From positions 192,859,408-192,923,407 of the forward strand of contig NC_068981.1 of assembly GCF_001194135.2 (NCBI RefSeq): a DNA stretch of 64,000 nucleotides. Direction: 5' to 3'. Numbering within the stretch: the first letter of the stretch is position 1; each line of letters opens with the position of its first letter. Source of the DNA: Octopus bimaculoides. Its lineage: Eukaryota. The position numbers and the translations under genes were made by a program. Shown piece after piece: positions 1 to 13,110 of this stretch. The notes under the pieces are model-generated. The model did not search any database, was not told where the DNA came from, and saw only the letters and a program-made list of their open reading frames with translations.

Positions 1-133
1 GATATATGTCATACATTTACAGAACAGTTGTGAAGAAGCCAAGTTCTTCAGCCCCCTTCACTAATATGTCCCATACATTTACAGAACAGTCGTGCCAAGT
101 TCTCCAGCAGCTACTTTGGCCACAGATAAAAAT

Positions 134-164
134 ATGGATTTTGAAACCAACCAAATTCTGAAAG
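134..164 (+). CDS. Gene 1 exon 1 coding part (MDFETNQILK-G)
   Basis: Donor AAAG|GTAAGA at 164/165, phase 1; in-frame stop at 62-64; the exon may start at 85 after tttacAG. Confidence 0.6.
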
Positions 165-934
165 GTAAGAGCTTTTAGCTTATGTTACCAAAGTGATTTT
201 TGCTATTGTAATAACTTCAAAGGCGTAATGATTATAAGTGCAATATTTAGTACACAGAAGAGTTTGGTATTGACAGATGTTCTGGGAATGCTGGGGCTGG
301 TGAATGCTAAATCACAAACCACAGAGAATTCCTGACAAACATTTGCTAAACATTTATTGAATAAAACAGCCATCTACATATCATGCTAAATGTATATACA
401 CTGTTGATAGTCCAGTTGTTGCAGTATTTGTCTTGAAGTAACATCTGTTATGGATTTACTGTGTTAAAAACATGATAAATATCAGAGAGAGAGAGATGAA
501 AATTTGTCCCAGTAGTGGCCAGTAAAAGTGCAAAATGCATTTCAGCCTTTTTTGGGGGCCTTTTCAATGGCACATGTTCACAACAAGCTACATGCTTGGA
601 TGAGAATTTATTGTGTCTAATATAGGTAAAAGTGAATAAAACATTCACTGATATACATTATTTACATTATTTACATTTGATGGATATTTGTCCTCATCTT
701 GTTTGTTGTTAGTTGATATACCCTCCAACCTTCATCAGGTGTCTTGGGGAAATTTTGAACTTGGGTTCTCATTCCTAAGGTATTTGTCGTCGTTATTATT
801 ATTATTATTATTCAGGTCACTGCCTGGAATCAAACTTGGAATCTTTTGGTTGGTGGCCCGCGCTCTTAACAACTACGCCATATGCCCACGGGCATATGGC
901 GATTCCAGGCAGTGACCTGAAAAATAAAAATAAT

Positions 935-981
<47 letters not shown>

Positions 982-3900
982 CAACAACAACATTGTAAAA
1001 TACCTTAGGAATGAGAACCCAGGTTCGAAATTTGCCCAAGGCACCTCATGAAAGCTGGAGGGTATATCAGCCGAAATGTGTTAACAACAAACAAGATGAG
1101 GACAAATATCCGTCAAATGTATATAACGTAAATAATGTAAATAATATACAAAATTTCTCATCTCTTAAATATAGAACTACATTCACTGATGTTGCAAACA
1201 GTTGCCCAACTAAATAAAAATCCACTTTACACAATTGAGACAGTATTTAATTAAAACAGACATTTGTGTATCATACTTAATGTATACGTACTGTTGATAA
1301 TGTATATACTCTGTTCTAAAAAAAGAGAATGTGTCAGGGTGTATAATTTATGAAAGTGAAACTGTAGAATTTGACTGAAGTAATAATGGTGGACATGGTA
1401 AATTCACAAGAAGAAAATGTTTACAATGTGGAATAAGTAGTACAAGGGAGAGGGAGTGGTGACTGACCGCGTAGAGAATGATATTATATGGTATATAGCA
1501 GCATTTCTCAACTGGGGTTCCCCGAACCCTAAGGCTCTGCAAAAGGTTCCTTGGGGTTCTGCTAGAAAGAGTGAGATAAGCTAATGCTAATTTCATGATC
1601 GTAATATCATCATCATCATCATCATTTAATGTCTGTTTTTCATGCTGGCATGGGTTGGACGGTTTGACTGTGATCTGGGAAGCCAGGTGGCTGCACCAGG
1701 CCCCAATCTGATCCGGCAGTGTTTCTACAGCTGGATGCCCTTCCTAATGCCAACCACTCTGAGAGTGTAGTGGGGGATTTTTACATGCCACCGGCACAGG
1801 GGCCAGAGGGGGCTGGCATCGACCACAGTCGGATGGTGCTTTTTACGTGCCACCAGCACGGGGATCACAACTACAATTTCCATTTGATTGTGATTTGATT
1901 TGACTTTGATGTACTTGACTCAATAGGTCTCCTCAAACACGGCATGTCACCCTACGATCCAAGGAAGTTTTGAGTGGGCTGGTTATACGACACTGGTGTA
2001 GGTTACAGCTGTGAACTCACTTTATTAGCCAGGTCTTCTCAGTCACAGTATATCTCCAGAGGTCTCGGTCTTTTGTCATTGCCTTTGTGAGTCCCAACAT
2101 ACGAAGGTCATGCTTCACCACCTCATCCCATGTCTTCCTGGGTCTCCCTCTACCCTGGATTCCTTCCACTGTTTGGGAGTGGCACTTCTTCACACAGCTC
2201 TCCTCATCCATCTGTAGTACATGACCATACCAACACAAACGTCTCTCTTGCATGCCACATCCGATGCTTCCTGTGTCCAACATTTCTCTCAGGGCACTTA
2301 CACTCTTGTGTCATATATATATATATATTTACTATGTGAACTACGATGAAAAAATATAAGAATGATATGGTATATAATTTTTTTGTGCAGGGGTTCCTTG
2401 AGACATGTGATTTATTTTAAGGGTTACGCAAAGGTAGAAAGGTTGAGAAACATTGGTATATAGTGGCAGGATCTGCTTCCATTTCTTACAGTAGAATAAT
2501 ACAATTGATAGGGGAGTAATGAAGGCATAAGTGATAGGGTAATGAGATGTGGAGTTAAAGGTTGAGCATGGGGCAGAGTGAGAGAGAGATACAAGAAAAG
2601 GTAATGAATATTGATGGAAAGAGTGAAGAATGGACTATCAATAAAAAGTGGTTTGGTGGGAGAGATGTCACTTCAATTATATATGTACTTGCAATTATAC
2701 ATGTAAATAATTCAATATCAACAGAACATTCTGGAACTGGTACAAGTGAGAACAAAGAACAGAAACGTAAATCTCGTGAGTTAGATAACATTTTTTTATT
2801 CACACATATTTTCAAGATTGTTTGACATCTATTTCTACCATTGCTGGAAAAGACAGAATGGAATTTTAATATTTGGAGATGATTAATAACATGGCTATAT
2901 GGTAAGAAGTTTGCTTCCCAAACCACGTGGTTCCAGGTTCAGTACCCCACTACATGGTACCTTGAGCAAGTGTCTTCTAATATAGCCTTGGGCTGACCAA
3001 AACCTTGTGAGTGGATTTAGTCGACAAAAAATGAAAGAAAGCCAGTGGCATGCATGCATGTATGTGTGTGTTTGCATCTGTGTTTCCCTCGCTCCACTCC
3101 CACTGCTTAACAACTGGTGTTGGTTTGTTTACATCCCTGTAACTTAGTAGTTTGGCAAAAGAAGCTGATAGAATAAGCATCAGGCTTAAAAAGAGAATAA
3201 GTGATAGGATTCATTTGTTTGACTAAAAATTCTTCAAGGCAGTGCCCCAGCATGGTCACAGACTAATGACTGAGTAAAATAAAAGATAAAAGATAGAAGA
3301 TGATACCACAGTAAAAATTATAATATTTGCTAATTATAATTGCTATTAATTACGATAAGGCAAGTGGATTAACAAAATTGGTTGAAAGGCAAACTAAAAA
3401 ATGTCTTGCAAGTATTTAATTGTTGCCCTTTTGTTTTATTAGCCTTGTTTATTTCCATGCTAGAATGGGTTACATCAGGGGTCACCAAACCTATTTCGTG
3501 GCAGGCCAGATAACGGAGAGAATGATGAGCACGGGCTACATAACCGTTTTCTTCAATACAGTACAGTGAACACACAAAGAATAAAGACAATCAACATATT
3601 TATTTACCAAAAAGTTATCAAAGAAGACGACATTAGCAATAAGAAGGCTATACCAGACTCCAATCTGACCTAGCAAGGCTTTTACCATGTGTATATATAC
3701 TTTGGTGTGTGTGTGTCTCTGTGTGTTTGTGAATTGGGATCTTGTGTGTGTGTGTGTGTCTTTCGGTATGTGTGGGTGCCTCAGATTGCCAGCATATGTA
3801 TTTATACATATATTTCCATTAACACGTCTAATTACATTTTGGACAAATACTTTTTTTACATATATTTGTATTGACTTCTTCTCTTGTTGTTAATGCTGTT

Positions 3901-4211
3901 CCTTATATAGACACCAATGTAATTCCTTCCCAAATAAATTGCAATTCATATTCGAGGCTCTGATGTAGCTGTAAGGTGTTATTCAGCAGAAACAGCTGTT
4001 AGCTAATGAAGTTCATAAGATAATCATTCGTTCCTTTGTCATCTCTCTTTTTTTATATATGTATGTACATGTATGTGTGTGTGTATGTATATATGTATGT
4101 GTGTGTATATTTATGTGCATGTGTGTATATATATATGTATGTGTGTGTATATATATGTGTGTGTGTGTGTATATGTATGAGTGTGTGGGTGCATATTTGT
4201 GTGTGTGTGTG

Positions 4212-4243
<32 letters not shown>

Positions 4244-4262
4244 TATGAGTGTATGTATTTAT

Positions 4263-4297
<35 letters not shown>

Positions 4298-4458
4298 TAT
4301 AAACCATGACTTCCCTAGACATTTCATGTTATTGCTGTTATTTTTTCCCAAGTTGGCTCTGATCAAGTAAATCAACAGTTAATGAAACTTTTGCTGTTAT
4401 TTCCAGCATATCAAATGACCTCTCTCCATACTCCCACACAATGTCTCTCATTATACAA

Positions 4459-4500
<42 letters not shown>

Positions 4501-5920
4501 TTTTCTTTCTTGCCTTTAACCCTCCAACGCGGAGTATAGGCCACTTATAATNNNNNNNNNNNNNNNNNNNNNNNNNNNNNNNNNNNNNNNNNNNNNNNNN
4601 NNNNNNNNNNNNNNNNNNNNNNNNNNNNNNNNNNNNNNNNNNNNNNNNNNNNNNNNNNNNNNNNNNNNNNNNNNNNNNNNNNNNNNNNNNNNNNNNNNNN
4701 NNNNNNNNNNNNNNNNNNNNNNNNNNNNNNNNNNNNNNNNNNNNNNNNNNNNNNNNNNNNNNNNNNNNNNNNNNNNNNNNNNNNNNNNNNNNNNNNNNNN
4801 NNNNNNNNNNNNNNNNNNNNNNNNNNNNNNNNNNNNNNNNNNNNNNNNNNNNNNNNNNNNNNNNNNNNNNNNNNNNNNNNNNNNNNNNNNNNNNNNNNNN
4901 NNNNNNNNNNNNNNNNNNNNNNNNNNNNNNNNNNNNNNNNNNNNNNNNNNNNNNNNNNNNNNNNNNNNNNNNNNNNNNNNNNNNNNNNNNNNNNNNNNNN
5001 NNNNNNNNNNNNNNNNNNNNNNNNNNNNNNNNNNTATATATATATATATACATACATACATATTTCTGTATTAGATGTATTCTATATTTAGCTGCTTGCA
5101 ATCCTATATGTTAATATAGTATTAAGTGATATGATGATAGCCAACTCTTAAAACAGATGGAATCACCAAAGTTAGGTGAAACATAGTATTGTTAATTTGC
5201 ACACCTACAGGAAGTGTCTTGGAGCAGTGTCATGTTACCACTGTTCCAATTTTATGCTGAGGACTGCTGTACTCAATTCTCTGTTGATTTTCAACTGAAC
5301 TATAAGATTTTTGTTACATGAGAAAGTTTTCAATGAAGTTTTGTTAGACACAGCTGTGTAGTTAAGAAGTTTGCTTGCCAACCTCTTGGTTCCGTGTTCA
5401 GTCCCCGTTGTATGGCACTGTAGCAAGCATCTTTTACTATAGCCCTGGGCCAGCCAATGCTTTCTAAATGAATATGGTAGATGGAAACTGTATGGAAGCT
5501 TATTGTGTCATCATCGTCATTGTCATTATCACCACCACCACCACCACCACCACCACCACCACCACCACCACNNNNNNNNNNNNNNNNNNNNNNNNNNNNN
5601 NNNNNNNNNNNNNNNNNNNNNNNNNNNNNNNNNNNNNNNNNNNNNNNNNNNNNNNNNNNNNNNNNNNNNNNNNNNNNNNNNNNNNNNCATTTTGTACAAA
5701 ATGGCTGATAGTTAGCAAGGTGAGACACACATAAGAAAGAAGGAAACAAAGGACCACTGATGAGGTCACAGAAGTGTGACGAAAGAACTCTGGCCGAAAT
5801 AAGATTAAGATTAAGATTAATGTAATATAAAGCTGAAAAAAAAAGAAAAAAAAAATTAACACCAAATATACAGTGCGTGTGTTTTTATTGGCTAAACTGG
5901 CAATATGACCATCCCCAAGT

Positions 5921-5961
<41 letters not shown>

Positions 5962-6239
5962 TTATCTGTCAGGTCTGACAGATAATGCATGCTGGGCGAA
6001 ATGCTTAGTGGTATTTCTGAGTTCAAATTCCACTGAGGTTGACTTTGCCTTTCATCCTTTCAGGGTCGACAAATTAAGTACCAATTGCATACTGGGGTCA
6101 ATCTAATTGACTGGCCTCCTCCCCTAAAATTTCGGGCTTTGTACTTAGAGTAGAAAGGAATATATATGTGTCTCCCTTTGTGTCATTTATCTGTCCCAAT
6201 GTTTAAAGCCCTCTATTGCGTTTTTGTTCCATTTTTATA

Positions 6240-6272
<33 letters not shown>

Positions 6273-8446
6273 TTAGTTAAATATTATTAATGGAGGCGCA
6301 ATGGCCCAGCGGTTAGGGCAGCGGGCTTGCGGTCGGAGGATTGTGGTTTCGACTCCCAGACCGTGTGTTGTGTGTGTTTATTGATCGAAAATGCCTAAAG
6401 TTCCATGAGGCTCCAGCAGGGGGTGGTGGCGACCCCTGTTGTACTCTTTCACCCCAACTTTCTCTCATTCTTCCTTCCTGTTTCTTGAGTAATGCTGTGA
6501 TGGACTGGCGTCCCGTCCAGCTGGGGGGAAATGGATACGCCATAGAAACCAGGAAACCGGGTCCATGAGCCTAGCTAGGCTTTAAAAGGGTGCATAATAA
6601 TAATTAAATATGATTAAGCTGATATTGGAATATAAATAAATAAAGAGGTTTTTACAAATAAATTTTTAAGGAAATTTTTGATTTTAAATCTAAATATTTT
6701 AAAACTAGAGAATTCATATCCTGGAACCAGAGGTGGTCTCAGTTGGGTTGCTATCAAAAGTTTTAATCAGTCTCAGAATGATATCTGGTATTATGTTGGA
6801 TACCTTATCAGCAGAGGATGACAAAGGTGGAGGTGATACTTCACAGCAAAGCACAGAACAAATAAAGATTGAATAATTCATCAATATCTGTTTTTTGATC
6901 TGTTAAGTTAGGGGCTACAAAGAGACATAAGCAACATTTTTTTGCTGGTATAAGCTTAAAAGCAGTCTATGTCTGTCTGTCTGTCTCTGCCTGTCTGAAG
7001 AGGGTCAAACAGCATAATCGACTATCACTCCTCACCACCATCACTCAGGAATTCCAAACTGCAGCAGGACCTACTCCAAACACCATGATTGTTTGATGCG
7101 AGGTGCAAACACTTGGTTTCCATGGAAGAGCATCTGCCCATATGTCACACATCGCACAGACAAATGCTCAATACTGCCTCACATGGTTTAAAGAGTGCCA
7201 AAACTGGATTATAGGACAGTGGAAAGCCATTGTGTAGAGTGATGAAGGTCAAATGTAATTTTAAATTAAATTAAATAAAAAGAATTTTTGAAAATTAAAC
7301 CATTAAATAGATTAAGGATTAAAATTTAAAACTAAAAATTAAAAAAGATAAAATTAGAATTAAAACAAATTAGAAAATTAAAAGAATTAAAAGAATTTTA
7401 GAAAATAATAAAAAGGTAATAATAAAACAATAATAATAAAAAATAAAGTTAAATTTTTAAAATTTTGTAAGTTTTAAAATGTTTAAAGTTTAACGAAATT
7501 AAAAAAATATATATATACATGCACACACATGCACATACATACACATACACACACATATATACGTACACACACACACACACACACATGCATATAGTGCCGC
7601 TGGACTGACTCCTGTGCAGGTGGCATGTAAAAAACACCACTTGAGCGTGGCTGTTGCCAGTGCNNNNNNNNNNNNNNNNNNNNNNNNNNNNNNNNNNNNN
7701 NNNNNNNNNNNNNNNNNNNNNNNNNNNNNNNNNNNNNNNNNNNNNNNNNNNNNNNNNNNNNNNNNNNNNNNNNNNNNNNNNNNNNNNNNNNNNNNNNNNN
7801 NNNNNNNNNNNNNNNNNNNNNNNNNNNNNNNNNNNNNNNNNNNNNNNNNNNNNNNNNNNNNNNNNNNNNNNNNNNNNNNNNNNNNNNNNNNNNNNNNNNN
7901 NNNNNNNNNNNNNNNNNNNNNNNNNNNNNNNNNNNCACCACCACCACCACCACCACCACTACCACCACCATCATCCTCATCATCATCATCATCATCATCA
8001 TCGTCATCATCATCATTTAACATCCATTTTTCCATGCTGGCATGGATTGGATGGTTTAACAGGAGCTGGCAAGGCCAAGAGCTGCTCCAGGTTCCATTGT
8101 CTGTTTTGGCATGTTTTCTGCAGCTGGATGCACTTCCTAATGCCAACCTCTTTACAGAGTTTGCTGGGTGTTTTTTATGGGGCACCAGCACCAGTGCTTT
8201 TTTGACAAAAGAAACAAAACAAACCACTTTCACGCCTGATAAACATTGTATAGTAATCCCTATTTTGCTGAGCTTCTTCTCAGCTAATTAACAGGAACTA
8301 ATAAACGCCTTATTGGTTCTATAATCATTATAGTAATCACTGCTCTCTACTAATTAACAAGAATTAGCAAATGACAAATTGGTTTTATATTTAATATAGT
8401 AATCACTATTTTGCTGAGCTCCTGTAATACTGGTATTATTGTTATT

Positions 8447-8477
<31 letters not shown>

Positions 8478-11400
8478 TTATTATTATTATTTGCTGAACC
8501 TGATAGTTATATCCTCAGCGCACTCTATATTATATTATTTCTAAAGTATAAAGCAGATGTGTTATAAGATACATCGGCTGTGAATCTATATTGGGTAACA
8601 GGCTAATGTTGGGGATAAAATGCTGCAACACACAATGGAATGCTGGTTCCTGTTAGTCTCAGCTGTAAAGGAGTTAAATGTGAAATGTCTTTTATTTCTG
8701 TTTTACATTTTTGAAGGCATCTTGTTGTTTGTAGGTGTTCAGCAGTTAATGTTGCTTAGAGGTTCTTGGGGAGTGTGACTTTAAATAAAACCAGGTAAAA
8801 CAAAAGCAGTCTTACCCTAGGCTCAATCATATAAGTAAGATTTATAGAATAATATATTCTTATAAAAGCATCAACAAACTTTTAAATGAAAACTTAAAAA
8901 ACATTTTCAATTATCAAACGTTGAAATAAATCCTTTTGTTATTATATTTCTGTTGAAATATACTTCCATTATTTCAATTAATTTTGAAAATAATGAAGGA
9001 TTTACTAAAGTAATTTTCTCATGATTAAGCTGACATTTTAAACATAAATTGACATCAAATTTTGTTGAAAGGTTTTAATTTCAATCACTATAAAGATTTG
9101 TAGATTTGTATCTTACAACCAAAGGCTTTTTATGATCAAAAAGGGTTAAGAAAGATTAATAAAAACCAGTAAAATAATTATTTAATAAATAGACATGTTC
9201 AAGGTTTCTAATGTCTTTTTTTTTTGTTTGTTTCTGCAATTTCTTGTGATAGATGCATCCACTCTATTTATTAATAATTAACACTATAATAATTAAACTG
9301 TTTATTTCTCAACTTTTGTCCTTTTGATGAGTTTTCTTTCATGAAAATGATCAAAGTTTTAATTAAAAGCTGAAAAACCCCAGCCAGAATCGTTTGTTGT
9401 TAGAATTCATGGTGATTCCACATTTTCACTGTTATCATGTTCATCTTCAGCACCATGTTGCTTCATATCTTAAGAAATCTTCATTAGCCATTTCTTCACC
9501 ATGAGATTCAATAAATTCCACCAAATTTTCTTAATTCATTTCCTTGATTTCTGCCTGGTACATTCATTACAACAAACATCAGATAAACATTTTCTCTTGA
9601 CTTCTTGAAATCCAGGAAGTCTGTGAGTCAGCCTGGGTGACTTTAATTCAGACAATATCCATTGTAGTTATTCCTACTCATCACCAGACTGCAGTTACAT
9701 TTTCTGTCACATTAAAATTCCTTTACAAAACTAGTTTTGGTTTTACCTTTTCAGAACAACGTCATTTTCTTAGATTCACCATAAAAATCAGGCTTTGAAT
9801 GTAGCAACAACCCACCTCCTGGTCCATAAGTCCAATCCAGCCGGTTGTGTTTTGTGACCCAACACTATCTGTCAGGTGATCAATGCTAGGTGAGTCACCT
9901 GAAGCATTGTCCACAAGAAGTTTTATTTCTGTTGGCCTTTTGCACATGATATTAAATGGAGATTCTAATAAAATGGTACAAATAAATAAATAACTGTGGA
10001 GATAGAATAAATGTGCAAATTAAAACAAAGCAGCTGAGTAAGAAACTGCTACACAGCCTGCGAGATGCAAAAAGTAGCAACTTATGCAAATGCTTATCCC
10101 TTGATTTATGCCTGTTGCAATGACAGCTAAATGTGCTCTGTGCACAACCGTTGTGAACAAAAAGAAAAACAAAAAAGGAGAGAGAGAGAGAGAATATTTA
10201 GGAATGAAATTAGTAGTATTACAGAAATTCAATGAGGGCTAACAAGTTGTAGGTATTGGAAGAACTCTCAATCTGCAACCAATGAATGCATGAACAAGTT
10301 ATAGTAATGTCAAAAAATTTACACTTTGTTCTCAAAATATAACATTTTTAGCTGCAGCAAAATACCTAACAATTAGAAGAGAACCAAGTGGGAAATATAA
10401 AAAGACTTTAAACTTGGAGGAAATAAACCAATGTATCACACCATGTTCACTACTTGACAAATAAAAGCTTACTGTTTGTTTGATAACCGAAAGAAAACAC
10501 ACAGTTCTAGTGGCAAGTCATGGTTGGTTTGAGTGCTTCAAAGCTCACTGAAGATTATAAATAACACACAGACAACAAGTAAGTCTGAGTGAGTCTGTAA
10601 GTTTTGACAAAGAAGCTTTACTGAAAAATATTGACAAAAGAGAATACATACTGCAATTAATTTTTAATGTAAATGAGACAGACATGTTTCGTAAATGGAT
10701 GCCAAACAGAACTTACATTTCTAAAGAAGTGCAAAACCACAGTAGGGTTTGTGGTTGCTAGAAGTTGCATGACTTTTCTATGTGATGGTCATGCTTTGGA
10801 TTATCCGAGACTCAAGGCATTGGTTGTTCTAAGACACCAGTAACCATAGTTCTAAGTAACTGTAGTTCTAACCATAGTTCTAACCGTAGTAACCGTTGTT
10901 CTAAGACACCAGTAACCAGTAACCATTCTAAGACACCAGTAACCATAAAAAGATAGCTTAAATCCCAGCTTTCTGTTATATGGGGATCATATATATATAT
11001 TAAAAAAAAAAGGCAATGCATCACCAAAACAATGCTACAAGAGTGGTTTACTTTGTGTTTCTTCTCAGACCTGGCAGATAATGTTCAAATAGCATTTGGA
11101 CCTTCAAACACTTTATGGTGAATCTTTAAGCAAATGATTTCGTTCTGAGATGGTGAAACCAAATCTATTTTTTGTAAAGGAATTTTAGGTTTGTATGTTA
11201 AGTATTTGTTAGGGGTCCTGTGTATGGAGGTCGATAGGTAACTGAATGTTTGTTCTCTCAGTCTGTAGCTTTTTGTAGGCTGCAGACGTTTCTATATCTC
11301 TCCAGGTGTTTAAATGTGTTTAGATGTTTACTTTCATCATCATCATCATCATTATCATCGTCGTTTAACGTCCGCTTTCCATGCTAGCATGGGTTGGATG

Positions 11401-13019
11401 ATTTGACTGAGGACTGGTGGACCAGGAAGCGACACCAGGTTCCAATCTGATTTGGCAGAGTTTCTACAGCTGGATGCCCTTCCTAATGCCAACCACTCCG
11501 AGAGTGTAGTGGGTGCTTTTACGTTCCACCAGCATGAGGGCCAGTCAGGCGGGTACTGGCAACGGCCACACTCGAAATGGTGTATTTTACGTGTCTCCTG
11601 CACAGGAGCCAGTCCATTGGCACTGGCAATGATCTCGCTTGAATGACTTTTCACGTGCCACTGGCACAAGTGCCAGGAAGGCAGCGTTGGTAACGATCAA
11701 CGGCTACGCTCGAAATGGTGTCTGCTCAAAATGTTTTCAGTTTGACAAAGAAAACCAGCTTCTGTAGATGTAAATGCTTTGTAAAATATTAAGGAGCCTT
11801 GAAACCCCTCACGTGTACGTCCTGTGATGTTTATGTTTATTCAGAGGTTCAGACTTTATTAGATATGATCTTTTATCTTTTACTTGTTTTAGTCATAAGA
11901 CTATGGCCATGCTGGGGCAACACTTGTGCTGGTGGCACATTAGAAAATCATTCGAGCGAGGTCGTTGCCAGTGCCACTGGACTGGCTCCCGTGCCGGTGG
12001 CATGTAAGAGCACACACTACACTCTTGGAGTGCTTGGCGTTAGGAAGGGCATCCAGCTGTAGAAATTCTGCCAGATCAGATTGTAGCCTGGTGCAGCCTT
12101 CTGGCTTGCCAGTCCTCAGTCAAATCGTCCAACTCATTCTAGCATGGAAAGCGAAAGTTAAACGATGAAGATGATGATGATGATATATACATACACAATG
12201 GGCTTAATTCAGTTTCTGCTCACCACATCCACTCACAAGGTTTTGGTCAGCCTGAGGCTATAGTAGAAGACACTTGCCCAAGATGCAACACAATGAAACT
12301 AAACCTTGAAGCATGCAGTTGAGAAAGAAACTTCTCACCATGCCTGCATCATATGAGGATATCACTCACTTAAAACGTTGTTAATAAAGTATTTGCATTG
12401 TTCAGGTCATTCTGGCGGACGAAAGAAAAAATCCAGAAAAACATCGAAACGAAAAAAGAACTCAAAACATGGGAAACATAAAGAGGTATTTTGAATGAAT
12501 CTTTAATAATTACAATTAATGATTAATAATTAAGGAAGTTCATTGAAACTGGTGAGGTTTGAAACCAATATCTGTTGATTGGTTATAGTTTTACAATACA
12601 CAAAATATTTTGACAATTTTTAAAATATTATGTTGAATAATATTTGATTATAAAAATCTAAAAGGATTTGTGAATCATCAAATGGCTACGGGGATTCAGT
12701 AGAATAAAAATAGGAATCAAAGGAGTCTGCTGGTAAAAAATGGTTGAGGAACACTGGATTAGACCCACATGCAGCCAGATCCTATTAAAGATTAACATCC
12801 GAAGACTCTTTTACTCTTTTACTTGTTTCAGTCATTTGACTGTGGCCATGCTGGAGCACTGCTTTTTAGTCGAGCAAATCGACCCCAGAGCTTATTCATT
12901 GTAAGCCTAGTACTTATTCTATTGGTCTCTTTTGCCAAACCGCTAAGTTACGGGGACGTAAACACACCAGCATTGGTTGTCAAGCGATGTTGGGGGAACA
13001 AACAGACACACAAACACAT

Positions 13020-13110
<91 letters not shown>

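Noticed and set aside
4013-5101. Long ORFs in the ORF track made of HT/YI/CV repeats or X runs (also 7483-8291, 31255-32037, 58122-58963 and others)
   Set aside because: They are translations of microsatellites and N-gaps, not genes. Gaps could still hide exons.
6293-6370. tRNA-like sequences here and at 815-880, 2890-2960 and elsewhere
   Set aside because: They are SINE heads without a complete cloverleaf or acceptor stem, not tRNA genes.
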